Source: the human T2T-CHM13v2.0 reference genome, Homo sapiens
Length of the DNA: 64,000 nucleotides
Assembly: GCF_009914755.1 (NCBI RefSeq)
Contig: NC_060942.1
Reading direction: 5' to 3' (one strand)
Shown one piece after another: positions 27,433 to 45,166 of the stretch. How positions within the stretch are numbered: position 1 is the first letter of the stretch; the number at the start of each line of letters is the position of its first letter. The notes beneath the pieces are model-generated. The model did no database searches and was not told the DNA's origin. It saw only the letters and a program-made list of their open reading frames with translations. The translations under genes and the position numbers were made by a program.

Positions 27433-29598
27433 AAGGACATTTTTCTTACGCATTTTGCCATTCAATGCAGTCTGTGGGTTAGCATAATAGCAATAGGAGT
27501 GTTCTAGGTATTCCCCTCAAACTTCCGCAGCCTCAAAGGCTCGCTCTCCTTATGCGGACAAGCTCCAGTAGAAGAGTTTATCAGAGGCAAGGTTACCAGA
27601 AACCCTGAATTAATGTTTCTAGTAAAGGAGCATCAGTGATAACCAGAAAGGGAGGGCACTGGAAGCCTAATGGGAGTTCAAGCTGTGTTTTTGATAACCA
27701 CCTACACTTGCTGCTGCTTATACAGTGAACTATTGACTGGGATGAATGTTTCCACGAAAGGCCATTCTTCTTGTAAAATTTCATCAGAATTTAAACCCTT
27801 CTGATGCTGACCCACTTGCGTTTCTCTGCTTAGTCCCGGACTCTTATTTGACAGTTAATTACAGTAAGCCTGAACTGTTGAACTGCCTCACAGACCAGTT
27901 CAAACTTTCCAACAAAATAAATTGAGCTTCACTTCATCTGAATTAAAAGGTTGAAGCTTTCATCAGGAATCTGGACTCTGCCCCCTGCTTTGGGAAATGA
28001 AGCATGCGTTGAGACATTATTTTTCTCTCTCAAATACCCAATTGCTGCAATAGTAAAAAAGAAGCAGAAAACATTCAAGTGAAAAGAAAATCATGCACTA
28101 ATTACTGGATGTGCTGTTCTGAAGTTCTAATTTCAAGAAAAATGCACAGCCAGTATTTCTAACGGGAAATGAACCAACTTTGAGACCAGCCAGGTTTTTG
28201 CATCTTTAATTTGTACTGGGTGCTTTTGATATTGCAGGCCTAGAGAGATAAAAAGCAACTGAGACAATAGGCAGGTGCTGCAGTCCTTTTCAGATGCTGA
28301 GCTCTCCCTGGTATCCTAATTACAGACTCTTTACATGAAGAATTCTTTTTGAAGCTAATCATAGTGCTGAAGGTAATGAGAGTGAAGGTATCCAGAGGAT
28401 GCTAATGAAAAAGTTGAGAAATCTCTTTCGAGGATGTCTTAATTAAGAGGTCTGTCTTTCAAGGGAAAGAGAACAAACATTTATTATTGAGGACCTACTA
28501 TACACCAGGCTTTGTGCTTAGTGTATTTCACTTGAGACCTGTATTCATCCAGTCCTTCACTGACTGTGAACATACAAATGAGGTTACCTTACTATATATG
28601 CCTTTTCTATCTCATGTGCCTATGGGAACACAGGCTCATTTTCAAGGTTTCTTCTATTCTATTATCTATGAGAATTCTTAGGGGTTGTTTCCCAGGCTCT
28701 CATGATCCCGTTCTCATAGCTGCCCACTTTGGTTGCACTGGTGAGGAAAGAATCCACCCCTCTGTTGCACAGTGTTTCATTTATTGAAAGTGTCATTGCA
28801 GCAGAACTGATGGATCCCAAAAGTTCTGAGACAACTCTTCTAGTTTACACATTTTTAGCACCTATTCCCCCAGATTTCTGGTGCCAAATTTCCTTCCCTG
28901 TTGTCCTGCAGGAAAACTTCAAATTTGTCCTATGTTTCTGTCTGTTCTCATACATTATGGTGAAATCTGGACACTACCATCATGAAACAATTCAAATTTA
29001 TTTCCCATGGTATTCTTCAGCTCTTCTCTCTCTGGAGTAAATCCTTGCCCATAATAAATACTTAACTGTACATGCCAGATTTATTCAAATTTCAAGTTTG
29101 ACCTAGTTAAGAACACTGCTAGAGAAATATCATCTCACAAAATTCTTGCAATAATACGTCAAGGAGGTGACTGTCCTTATCTCCTTTGACAGCTGAGGAG
29201 CCAATTAAGTGATTTCCCCAAAGTCAACATCTTGTAGAGCTGAGATTTGAACTCTAGCATTGATATAGTTTTAACACTGAATGTTTTGGGATAAATACAG
29301 ACCTTGAGAAAAGAAAATAACATAATGCATACAGTCTCCCTCGCTAATAAAATAAGCTTTAAGGAAATACTTTCTTATGGAGTGGCCAATTGTCGATGTT
29401 TTCAACTCACTAAATGGTTAACCTTCAGCATCCAATTATTCACTCGACACCTCTCTTTTCTGTGTCATCATTAATGTTTATAAGGCTGAGTATTTACAGT
29501 TTATAGAGCACAGTTTTAGTCCTGGTGGGGAAGAACCAAAAATTCACACAAGTGAGAAAAGGGTGAAGAGAAAACACAGGAAACAAAATAATATAGGC

Positions 29599-29960
29599 CG
29601 ATATGGTTTGACTGTGTCCCCACCCAAATCTCATCTTGAATTGATAATCCCCACATGTTGTGAGAGAGACCTGGTGGGAGGTGGTTGAATCATGGGGGCG
29701 GTTACCCTCATGCTGTTCTCATAATAGTGAGTTCTCATGAGATCTGATGGTTTTATAAGGGGCTTTCTCCGCTTTACTCGGCACTTCTCCTTCCCGCCGT
29801 CATGTGAAATAGGACGTGTTTTCTTCCCCTTCCACCATGATTGTAAGTTTCCTGAGGCCTCTCCATCCCTGTGAAACTGTGAGTCAACTAAACCTCTTTC
29901 CTTTATAAATTACACAGTCTCAGGCAGTTCTTTATAGCAGCGTGAGAATGGACTAATATG
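29599..29960 (+). mobile_element. THE1D/MSTA-like MaLR solo LTR
   Basis: GATATGGTTTGACTGTGTCCCCACCCAAATCTCATCTTGAATTG...CTTTATAGCAGCGTGAGAATGGACTAATA. Confidence 0.9.
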
Positions 29961-30850
29961 TAAGGCCATGATCAAATGTTGAAGCTCAATGTTATAAAAG
30001 AGCTACCTTTAACCAAATGCAGAGTAAGGTGTCTTTCCTCTCCTCTCTGCAATGGGAGTTCTAAAGCTTTAAAATTTCCCCACCATGTATATAAAGCATT
30101 GAAGTGCCACAGTACTGAGTTGGGGAGTTTGGAAGACACTTTGGGATCATATACCTTTGTTTGGCATTTAATTGTTGGAGTAGGGTGGGACCAGATGAGC
30201 AAGTATATGGGGTTGCTGGGAGAGAAGGTGCTACTTAAAGCCACTCTCTGAAAGTCCTTTGCTTTGATGTCACCATTTTAAATACATTATCCCTTTTCAA
30301 ATAATTAATGCCATGTGTAATACCTACAAACTGGAATGTATATGGTCTAGTTTTGGAGCTATAATATTGGGAGAGGCATAGTTGAAACCAAAATTAAGAC
30401 TTTTACTCACAACATGTAAGAGACTTCAATTGCTTAGCTCACAGCCAATTGTATTAACCAGGCTGGATCCTTCTTATTCTCTGGTACCTTCAAACCTCCA
30501 GGGGCCTTTTATTCTCCTGCCTTATACACAATGTCTCTCATCTACAGCCTTTACCACCTTGGTTCCTTGAGCACCTCTCCCTCCATGCCCTCTTGTACAT
30601 CCCACATATCAACAAAGCCCATTTCCCCTTCACACAATCTCTTTGATTGCTTTTCCTTTAAAAATCTGTGCATGTACCTTTCGTATATTTTTTGTAAAGG
30701 GAAGTCAATATAAATGTCTGGAAGATGCCTAACACCAACCATTGCTTGTTCAATCATAGGTGGCTATAGGGAGAGGGCTGTGAACCCTCATACACTGTAA
30801 GTATTCAGTCCCCACACAGGTCAAACAGCTCTTTTCCAACAAGAGCACTC

Positions 30851-31147
<297 letters not shown>

Positions 31148-31579
31148 GAGCACTCTTATAACATGATGCTGTTTTGTCCTCAGAGACCCAAGTGGCCATA
31201 TCCCTGTTTACATATCCCCGTTCCAATTGATTTGCCTTAGTGTTACATGTCTCAGTACACACAAGCATGTGATAGTGTGAGTTGTTAATGAAGTTTTTAA
31301 TGTCAGGATTCATCCTGTTCTAAGTCGAATAACTTGGACTTTTTTTTCCCTTTGTCCAGATAAATGACCTCAGTTTCCCTAGTTTTAATTTCTTAGAGTA
31401 TAGAGTATGCAATCAGTGTTAAAGAATGCCAGTAAAATCTTCTTGCTGTACAATTTCACCAACTGACATCAGCCGAATGACTAGAACTTTATTTCTAGAG
31501 TTATTCTTTTGTTTCAGGAATGGTGATCCAGAATTTCCCTCTTAACTTTCCGATCACACTAAAGATAAGAAACAACCAG

Positions 31580-31891
<312 letters not shown>

Positions 31892-31949
31892 TAAACAACC
31901 AGTTCTTAAATACAAAAAGTTAATGGAGGAACTAGAAGTGAAAATAATT

Positions 31950-34072
31950 ATTTTAATTTTATTTTATTATTTTAATTTTAATTTTTAAAAATAATTTCAA
32001 CTTTTATTTTAGATTTTAGGTGTACATGTGCAGGGTCATTACATGTGTATATTGTGTGATGCTGAGACTTGGAGTACAATTGATTTTATCACCCAGGTAC
32101 TGAGCATAGTACTCAATAGATTGTTTTTCAGCCCTCTCTTCCCCATCTAGTAGTTCCAGTGTCTATTGTTGCCATCTTTATGTCTATGAGTACCCAATGT
32201 TTAGCTCCCACTTATAAGTAAGAACATGTGGTATTTAGTTTCCTGTTCCTCTGTTAATTTGCTTAGGATAATGGCCTCCAGCTGCATCCATGTTACTGCA
32301 AAGTATATGATCTCATTCTTTTTTATGGGTGCGTAGTATTCCATGATATATACACACAACATTTTCTTTATCCAATCCACCACTGACGGGCACCTAGGTT
32401 GATTCCATGTCTTTGCTATTGTGAATAGTGCTGCAATGAACATACAAGTGCATGTTTGTCTTTATGGTAGAAAATTTATTTTCTTTTAAATATATACCCA
32501 GTAATGGGATTTCTGGTTTGAATAATAGTTCTAACTCCTGTGAGAAATCTCTAAACTGCTTTCCACAATGGCTAGACTAATTTACATTCTCTTCAGCGGT
32601 GTATAAGCCTTCCTTTTCCCCTTTTCTCTGCAGTCTCACCAGCATCTATTGTTTTTTGACTTTTTAGTAATAGCCATTCTGACTGCTGTGAGATGTAATC
32701 TCATTATAGTTTTGATTTGCTTTTCTCTGATGACTAGTGATGTTGAACATTTTTTCATAGTTTTTTGGCCCCTTGTGTGTCTTCTGTTGAGAAGCATCTG
32801 TTCAGGTTTTTTGCTGACTTTTTAATGGCATTGGTTTTCCTTGTTGAATTGTTTAAGTTCCTGATAAATTCTGGATATTAGGCCTTTGCTGGATGAATAC
32901 TTTGTGAATATTTTCTGCCACTCTGTACGTTGTCTCTTTTCTCTGTTGATAGTTTCTTTTGTGGTGAAGAAGCTCTTTAGTTAATTAGGTTTCACTTGTT
33001 AATATTTGTTTTTGTTTCAGTTGCTTTTGAGGACTTAGTCATAAATTAATTCCCAAAGCCAACGTCCAGAAGGGTGTTTACTACGTTTTCTTCTGGGAAT
33101 TTTTTTTTTTTTTTTTTTTTTGAGACGGAGTATCGCTCTGTCGCCCAGTCTGGAGTGCAGTGGTGCGATAGTTTGAGATTTCATGTTTAAATATTTAATC
33201 CATCTTGAGTTAATTTTTGTGTATGGTGTAAGGTAGGAGTCATTTCATTCTTCTGCATAGGCCAGCTAGCTGTCCCAGCACCATTTATTGATTAGGGAGT
33301 CCTTTCTCCATTGCTTGTTGTTGTTGACTTTGTCAAAGATCAGATGGCTGTAGGTGTGCACCTTTATTTCTGGGTTCTCTGTTCTGTTCCATTGTCCTAT
33401 GTGCCTGTTTTTCGTACCAGTACCATGCTGTTTTGGTTACTGTAGCCTTATAGTACAGTTTGAAGATGGGTAAAATGATGCCTTCAGCTTGTTCTTTTTG
33501 TTTAGCATTGCTTTGCATTTTGGGGTTCTTTTTTGGTTTCATATGAATTTTACAATAGCTTCCTCCAGTTCTGTGAAAAGTGACATGGGTAGTGTGACTG
33601 GAATAACATTGAATCTTCAGATTGCTTTCGGCAGTATTGGCCATTTTTACAATATTGATTCTTCTAAACCATGAGCATGAAATTTTTTTTTATTTGTATC
33701 ATCTGTGATTTCTTTCAGCAGTGTTTTGTGGTTCCTGTAGAGATGTTTCACCTCCTTGGTTAGATGTATTTCTAGGTATTTCTTTTTTTTTTTTTTTTTG
33801 CAGCTCTTTTAATGGTATTGCATTCTTGATTTTATTCTCAGCTTGAATGTTATTGGTGTATAGAAATACTACTGATTTTTGTTCATTGATTTTGTATCCT
33901 GAAACTTTACTAAAGTTTAGTTACAGGAGACTTTTGGCAGTGTCTTTGGGGTTTTCTGGGGATAGAATAATATCATCCTTGAATAGAGATAATTTGACTT
34001 CCTTTTTTTTTTTTCTTATTTGAATGCCTTTTATTTCTTTCTCTTGCCTGACTGCTCTGGCTAAGTCTTCCT
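31950..34072 (-). mobile_element. 5'-truncated L1 (L1PB/old L1PA-like), 3' part of ORF2 plus 3'UTR
   Basis: ORFs 32201-32443 (MFIAALFTIAKTWNQPRCPS...) and 33333-33644 (...[16 protein letters not shown]) match the L1 ORF2p C-terminal region; frameshifted. Confidence 0.93.
33100..33169 (-). mobile_element. Severely 5'-truncated Alu (3' ~50 bp plus poly-A) inside L1
   Basis: T22 + GAGACGGAGTATCGCTCTGTCGCCCAGTCTGGAGTGCAGTGGTGCGAT, then L1 resumes. Confidence 0.9.
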
Positions 34073-35056
34073 GCTTTTTATTTTGTATTTCAGATTCCAA
34101 AGGGTGACAAAAGTACCCATTGCCTATTTAGAAGAAATTTTAGTCTAATTTTGTCATGTCACTATATACCAAAGCTGTGTTATTTAAATCCATGAAGGTT
34201 GGTGACTTCCTCACAGTCACACAATATGTTCAGGTTCATCTAAGGATAATATTTTGGTCTTTTCCTACGATATCATTCTGCAAGTGTTATGAAGAAAAGG
34301 AAGACGGGAAAAGGGGCAGGTAGGGAGAGAAAGAGGGAGGGAAAAGGTCTCATTATATAATCAGGCAATGCATATTTGATTTACCTTTAGAATCTGAATT
34401 CTAATATTTTATATATTATTTTACACTTTATGTAGTGACAACTGCTTCATTATCAAACTTGATTAAACACCCTCACTCTGGCCCCTACCCCGCAATGGTA
34501 GTCAGAATCATGGAATATAGATCTGAACTGAAGCTTGGAAGAAATAGACATTTCTTTCTTTTTCTTCTCTCTCTGATTATTTTGTTAGAATAATCAGAGT
34601 ATGTGTGAGAATTTGTCCTTGTCATAGAATCTGTACTCTTAGACATTTTGTTCCCAGAGGATTCTGCCAAGATATTCACTGAAGAAAGCAGAATTATTGC
34701 AGTTTCAAAACTCTTTGACAAATGTTTTTTTCCTATAGTCTAATGCCTATATGTCAGTATTAAAAATAGTCATGTTTAAGGACTAAAGTCATCATCCTCT
34801 GTAAAATCAGTATCTCCAATTTTAATGACTGTGATTATCTTTGATAAATGTCATTCCATTTCTTTTTGGTGAACCCCTGTGGCAATTCATCTTTCATAAG
34901 AATGGCTGAAAATAACTAGAATTTTTAAAAACAGCATTAAATGTGAATGAAACAGTGAAAAATAAATTCCTGGAAAAAAATCATCAGGAAATTGACTTGT
35001 TGGAAATCAAATATTTTCAAGGGAAAGATTTACCTCAAATAAAGAAATGTGCTCAA

Positions 35057-36806
35057 AGCCAAGTATTGTGGCTGGTACCTCTAATCTCAGCAATTTGGGA
35101 AATTGAGGTGGGGGGTTTGCTTGATGCCAGGAATTTGAGATGAGCCCAGACAACATAGCCAAATCTTGTCTGTACAAATATATATATACACAAATACATA
35201 TAATATTATATATAAAATACATTATATATAATACTATATATAATACATTATATATAATACTATATATAATACATTATATATAATACTATATATAATATAT
35301 TGTATATAATACTATATATAATATATAATACATTATATAATACTATATATAATATAATACATTATATATAATGCTATATATATAATATATAATACATTAT
35401 ATATAATGCTATATATATAATATATAATACATTATATATAATGCTATATATATAATATATAATACATTATATATAATGCTATATATATAATATATAATAC
35501 ATTATATATAATGCTATATATATAATATATAATACATTATATATAATGCTATATATATAATATATAATACATTATATATAATGCTATATATATAATATAT
35601 AATACATTATATATAATGCTATATATATAATATGTAATACATTATATATAATGCTATATATATAATATGTAATACATTATATATAATGCTATATATATAA
35701 TATGTAATACATTATATATAATGCTATATATATAATATGTAATACATTATATATAATGCTATATATATAATATGTAATACATTATATATAATGCTATATA
35801 TATAATATGTAATACATTATATATAATGCTATATATATAATATGTAATACATTATATATAATGCTATATATATAATATGTAATACATTATATATAATGCT
35901 ATATATAATATGTAATACATTATATATAATGCTATATATAATATGTAATACATTATATATAATGCTATATATATAAAATATATAATACATTTTATATAAT
36001 GCTATATATAATATATAATACATTATATATAATGCTATATATATAATACAGAATACATTATATATAATGCTATATATAATACAGAATACATTATATATAA
36101 TGCTATATATATAATATAGAATACATTATATATAATGCTATATACAATATAGAATACATTATATATAATGCTATATACAATATAGAATACATTATATATA
36201 ATGCTATATACAATATAGAATACATTATATATAATGCTATATACAATATAGAATACATTATATATAATGCTATATACAATATAGAATACATTATATATAA
36301 TGCTATATACAATATAGAATACATTATATATAATGCTATATACAATATAGAATACATTATATATAATGCTATATACAATATAGAATACATTATATATAAT
36401 GCTATATACAATATAGAATACATTATATATAATGCTATATACAATATAGAATACATTATATATAATGCTATATACAATATAGAATACATTATATATGATG
36501 CTATATACAATATAGAATACATTATATATGATGCTATATACAATATAGCATCATATATAATGCTATATATAATATAGAATTATATATAATGCTATATATA
36601 ATATATATATAATGCTATATATATAATGCAATATATATAATATATATACTATACATATTTTATATATATATATGTATACATATATATACATCAGGTATGG
36701 TGGTACACACCTGTAGTCCCAGATATTTAAGATGCTGAAGTAGGAGGATGGCTTGAGCCCGGGAATTTGAGGCTGCAGTGAGCTATGGTTGCACTGCACC
36801 ATTGCT
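35057..36806 (+). mobile_element. AluJ-like element split by a minisatellite (left monomer ~35057-35176, right monomer ~36690-36806)
   Basis: Left arm GTGGCTGGTACCTCTAATCTCAGCAATTTGGGA...CCAGGAATTTGAGATGAGCCCAGACAACATAG; right arm GGTGGTACACACCTGTAGTCCCAG...GGAGGATGGCTTGAGCCCGGGAATTTGAGGCTGCAGTGAGCTATG. Confidence 0.85.
35177..36690. repeat. AT-rich minisatellite/VNTR (26-, 35- and 33-bp unit variants)
   Basis: 35-bp unit AATACATTATATATAATGCTATATATATAATAT(A/G)T, then 33-bp unit AATACATTATATATAATGCTATATACAATATAG; the 11-aa periodic peptide in ORF 36103-36543 reflects the 33-bp period. Confidence 0.97.
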
Positions 36807-37439
36807 AGTTGCATCAAGAAATTAAAAAATCAACCAGAAGGGATCAGTGTCAAATATGGAGAATTTCTTATTTTTTCTTTTATGTACAAATATGTGTAAG
36901 AAATGAATTTATATAAAATACAACAAACTGGACAAAAGTCTGTAAAAATAGCTAAAGTCAAAAATAATTTTTGATTTATTTATTTGTGGGGAAATTTCTG
37001 TATTCTTTTGTAGCAATTAATGTCATGGAAAGACAGTATCCATTGAAAATCTAGTTTAGGAATTAAAGTAAGATTAGAAATTAGTCTTTAAAATTGTTTT
37101 TTGCCTTTGTAGATCACATCAATAGGAATATGAAAACATTATTGGCTTCACTAAAATATAGTCTTATATTTAAGGAGCCATTTAAGAAAAACACAATTCA
37201 AAATTATGAATTAGGACTTTAAACATTGCAAAAATGCTCCCTGCTTATACTTCACCCAGTTTTCAGCTTATATGATGTAAATTTTGGAGGAAGAGCTCAT
37301 ATAATTCCTTGCTTTCCATTCAAATTTTCTGTTCCTATTTTCTATGCTCAAATGCAGAAGGTACAGTAATGATACCTGAATCATCATTCATCCAGTAAAA
37401 TCCCCGCTCTTCATTCATTCAATCAATACTTTTAATTCA

Positions 37440-38900
37440 TTCCATTTAATCACCAGTACCCATTTTGTATTCTTCCTTCTCAACATAAGCATCTATTCTC
37501 ATGTCTTTTTGTTTATAAGTGCTTTTGGAAAATGCATATTATTTTTTATGTCTGTACATTTTCAACTTATGTAAATGCTATTAGTTTACATATAAGATAT
37601 TATGTTTTTAAAAATATTGTTACTTGGCATTATTTTATAAGATTCATCCATTCTGTTTATAAGATTCATCCATGTTGCTACATGTACATCTAGTCCATTG
37701 CTTCCTTTTACTCTGTAGTACCCTATGAAGGGCATCCATCAACCTTTATCTATCCATTCTCCTTGCAATGAACTTGCCAAATCTCACCTCCAACACCAGA
37801 CTTCCCCAAATAATGCTGTAATAAATATTACACATGTCGTCTTAGAAGTCTGCATGAGAAATTTATTGGCATATCTAACTAGTAGTGGAATTGCTGAATC
37901 ACACTGCAGGTGGGATTATACCAAGTTTAGTCAAATGTACCAGATGCTCTCCACAGGGTCTGCTGCAGTTTACAATCCCACTAGCAGCGCTTGAGGGCCC
38001 CTATGTCTCCACACCCCATCGGTTATCCATCTTTCCAATTTTTGTTAATCCAATAGGTGTCAAGTGATGTTGCTTTGCTTTGATTTGCATGTCTCTGATT
38101 TCTAGTAAGTTTGAGTGTCTCTTTATGTATTCATATACAGTTAGTCTTTTGGTGTCCATGGGAGATTGGATCCAGAACCTTCCGCAAATACCAAAATATG
38201 CAGATGCTCAAGTCCCTGTTATAAAATGGTGTAGTATTTGCATATAACATATGCATATGCTCCCATGTGATTTAAATTATCCCTAGATTACATATAATAC
38301 CTCATACAATGTAAACTCTATGTAAATATTGATTATACTGTATTGTTTAGGGAATAATGACAAGAAAAAAAGTCTGTGCATGTTTAGTACAGACACAACC
38401 ATTCATTTTTATATGTGAATATTTTCCATCCTCAGTTGGTTGAATCACTGATGTAGAACCCATAGGTACAGAGAGCTGACCATACTTCCTAAGTTTGCAG
38501 TTTCTTATTCAGACCTTTTGACCATTGTTCTATTGCAGTTACTGTCATTTTCCTATCAATTAACAATGTCTAGACATTTAGACATTGTATTTTCTCAATA
38601 TTATTCACTTTTTTGCCAAGACATATAAGAATCTTCTCTCATTTTTTTCATCTATGAGAACCATCCATAGTATATGTCTTTGAATAGAAATCTTTAATTT
38701 TGATACAACCAAATTTATCATGCATATGCCTTATTATTTTTGCTTTTGAAATTTTACCAAGTCATGGTTTATAAATATATATATGCATATAAATCCTGTA
38801 TTTCTATTAACTTTAATATAAAGCTTTTTTCCTCTTACACATTTAGTTTTCATCAATTTTTTATGTGTAATGTAGGGATTCAGTTTTATTTTTTAAAGAA
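37440..38900 (-). mobile_element. Old L1 (L1ME-like) fragment; resumes at ~42900-43200 and ~43990-44300
   Basis: AGATTCATCCATGTTGC, GTGGAATTGCTGAATCA, TTTGATTTGCATGTCTCTGAT reverse-L1 motifs. Confidence 0.7.
38138..38483. mobile_element. MER2 (TcMar-Tigger MITE)
   Basis: GATTGGATCCAGAACC...ATACCAAAATATGCAGATGCTCAAGTCCCTGTTATAAAATGGTGTAGTATTTGCATATAAC...TTGGTTGAATC. Confidence 0.9.
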
Positions 38901-38914
38901 GTTAGTTTTTCAAA

Positions 38915-42893
<3,979 letters not shown>

Positions 42894-43213
42894 CAAATGT
42901 ATATATTTTAAAAAACTTGTGCTTTCCTGATGATTTGTGGAACACCTTTATCAAATATTACCTACATGTATAAATAAATGAGTATATTTCTGAGCACTCC
43001 ATCTTATTGGTCTATTTGTCTGTTTTTACATGCATTTCATACAGTTATTACTATGGCTTTATACTATGTTAATACAGGTAATGAATGACTCCTTCTCTTC
43101 ACTCTTCTTTTTCAATGCTGAATTAATTTTTTGTAGCCATTATAGATTTTAGACTAAGATTACAAAATCCTCAAAAAATTTCAACTGGGACTTTGATAAA
43201 AATCTGTATTAGT

Positions 43214-43510
43214 GGCCGGGTGTGGTGGCTCACGCCTGTAATCCCAGCACTTTGGGAGGCCGAGGCAGGTGGATCATGAGCTCAGGAGAGTGAGACCATC
43301 CTGGTTAACATGGTGAAACCCTGTCTCTACTAAAAATACAAAAAATTAGCCAGGCGTGGTGGCGGGCACCTGTAATGCCAGCTACTTGGGAGGCTGAGGC
43401 AGGAGAATGGTGTGAACCCGGGAGGCGGAGCTTTCAGTGAGCCGAGATTGCGCCACTGCACTCCAGCCTGGGTGACAGAGTGAGACTCCGTCTCAAAAAA
43501 AAAAAAAAAA
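43214..43510 (+). mobile_element. AluY/AluSc-like
   Basis: Full dimer with poly-A; TSD AAA(A/T)TCTGTATTAGT. Confidence 0.95.
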
Positions 43511-43514
43511 TTCT

Positions 43515-43980
43515 GTATTAGTTTTCTATTGTTGCCATAATAAATTACCACAAACTTAACACAAATGTATTGTTTTACAGTTCTGTAGGTTAGAAATCCC
43601 ACATGATTTCACTTGCATAAAAAATAAGTCACCTGCAGGGCTGCATTCTCTTCTGGAAGATTTAAGGGTGAATCTATTTCCTTGCGTTTTTCAGCTTTTA
43701 GAGGATATCTTAAGCTCATGACCTTCTTCTTCCATCTTCAGAGCCAGCAACATTGTCATATATCCCTCTGACCACAGCTGGGAAAGGCCCTCTGCTTTTA
43801 AATGTCCTCGTGATAAAATCTACCCACTTGGATAATCCAGTATAATCTCCTTATCTCAAAGTTGATAATACTAATCACATTTGCAGATTTTTTTTTTTTG
43901 TCATGGAAGGTGACATATTCACAGGTTGTGGGGATTATCATGTGGGCATCTTTGAGAATCCATTATTTGGACTATCCCAG
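43515..43980 (-). mobile_element. MaLR LTR (MLT1C/D-like)
   Basis: TGTATTAGTTTTCTATTGTTGCCATAATAAATTACCACAAACTTAA...TTACAGTTCTGTAGGTTAGAAATCC...TGGATAATCCAG...GTGACATATTCACAGGTT. Confidence 0.85.
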
Positions 43981-44322
43981 AATTGCTTTGCATTTACAAA
44001 AAAATTTAGGGAAAATTTAAGGTGGCCTACTTCTCTTTTTAGAGAGATCAATCACTGTATCCTGTATGACAGTTTCATACTTTTCCCCAGAGTAGTATTG
44101 TGCATTCTTCGTTAATTCCCAGATTCTCTATAATTTTTGTTACTAATGTAAATAGTATCTTATTTTTAGTTGCAGTCTCTTATTGTTATTGCTATTGTGT
44201 AGAAATACTATTATTCTTGTAATTGATTCAATATCTGGCAGGCTTACTAAAATCTCTTATCAATTCTAATAATTTGTCCATTGATTCTCTCACACTTTTC
44301 TATTTTCCTCATTTCTGTAAGC

Positions 44323-44516
44323 CAGGGGTCAGGCAGCTCTGGCTTTAGTACCAAATCCATCCTGACCACTGTTTTTGTAAATAAAGTTTACATGTTGCCT
44401 GTAGCTGCTTTTGCCCATGATGGCAGAGTTTAGTAGTTGTGACAGAGACGGTGAGTGGCCCAAAAAGTCTAAAATTTTACTATTTTTCCCTTTCCACCAA
44501 AGTTTGCCAAGTTCTG
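44323..44516. mobile_element. MER58A-like hAT-Charlie MITE
   Basis: CAGGGGTCAGGCA...GTTTTTGTAAATAAAGTTT...GGCAGAGTTTAGTAGTTGTGACAGAGAC...AAAGTTTGCCAA. Confidence 0.8.
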
Positions 44517-45166
44517 CTCTAAGGCTCTTACTCCTCCTTCCCATAGCTTATAGAAATAGGAGTAGTTGGTATACTTTACGAAGTCTTATAAAGTAATGCC
44601 TAAAATCCATTAATCCTTACAAAACTTTCTGAAGTCATACAAGTTTAGTGTGATAAAATTTAATACATTTCTTTTCAAAATTGCAACTGCCACTAGGCTG
44701 TAAAATGTAATTTTGAAGACTGAGGCAGGTATTACAACACTGTGACACTTTGAGTCATTCATTGACAAGATGGGACGGCCAGACTGTGGATACTTAGCTA
44801 TTGGAAGATCCTACAGTTGAGATCCCATTGAAATGGGAAAATTGATCACTCTAAACTTAAGAGCTTTGCTATGTCATGTAGGGCTGTCCTGGTTTCTACT
44901 TTAGATCAACTAAATTTGTATTGATAGAGATGCCCTCTCTAGGAAGAATGAGAACAATGCTAAAGCAAGTATTCAGAGCTTGAAGCATACCTTTTGTGCC
45001 TCCTCAAGTGGTCCTAAATTGAAGGACACTCTTTCTGCATTGCTAAATGTGGCATACTTAGACATCATAAGTTAACTTTTAATAAACAATTCTGTTTCTT
45101 GTGTATAAAATGAAAGAACTTAGAAGAAATAATCTATGGGACAAGCACTTAGAAAAACTTGTTCAG

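Noticed and set aside
32201-33644. ORFs with L1 ORF2p similarity
   Set aside because: Fragments of a frameshifted, 5'-truncated L1, not an expressible protein
35829-36543. 146-aa and 64-aa periodic ORFs (MYSILYIALYI repeats)
   Set aside because: Translation of the AT-rich minisatellite, not a gene
35177-36690. Regular repeat array resembling CRISPR
   Set aside because: No unique spacers, head-to-tail units, eukaryotic context and no cas genes
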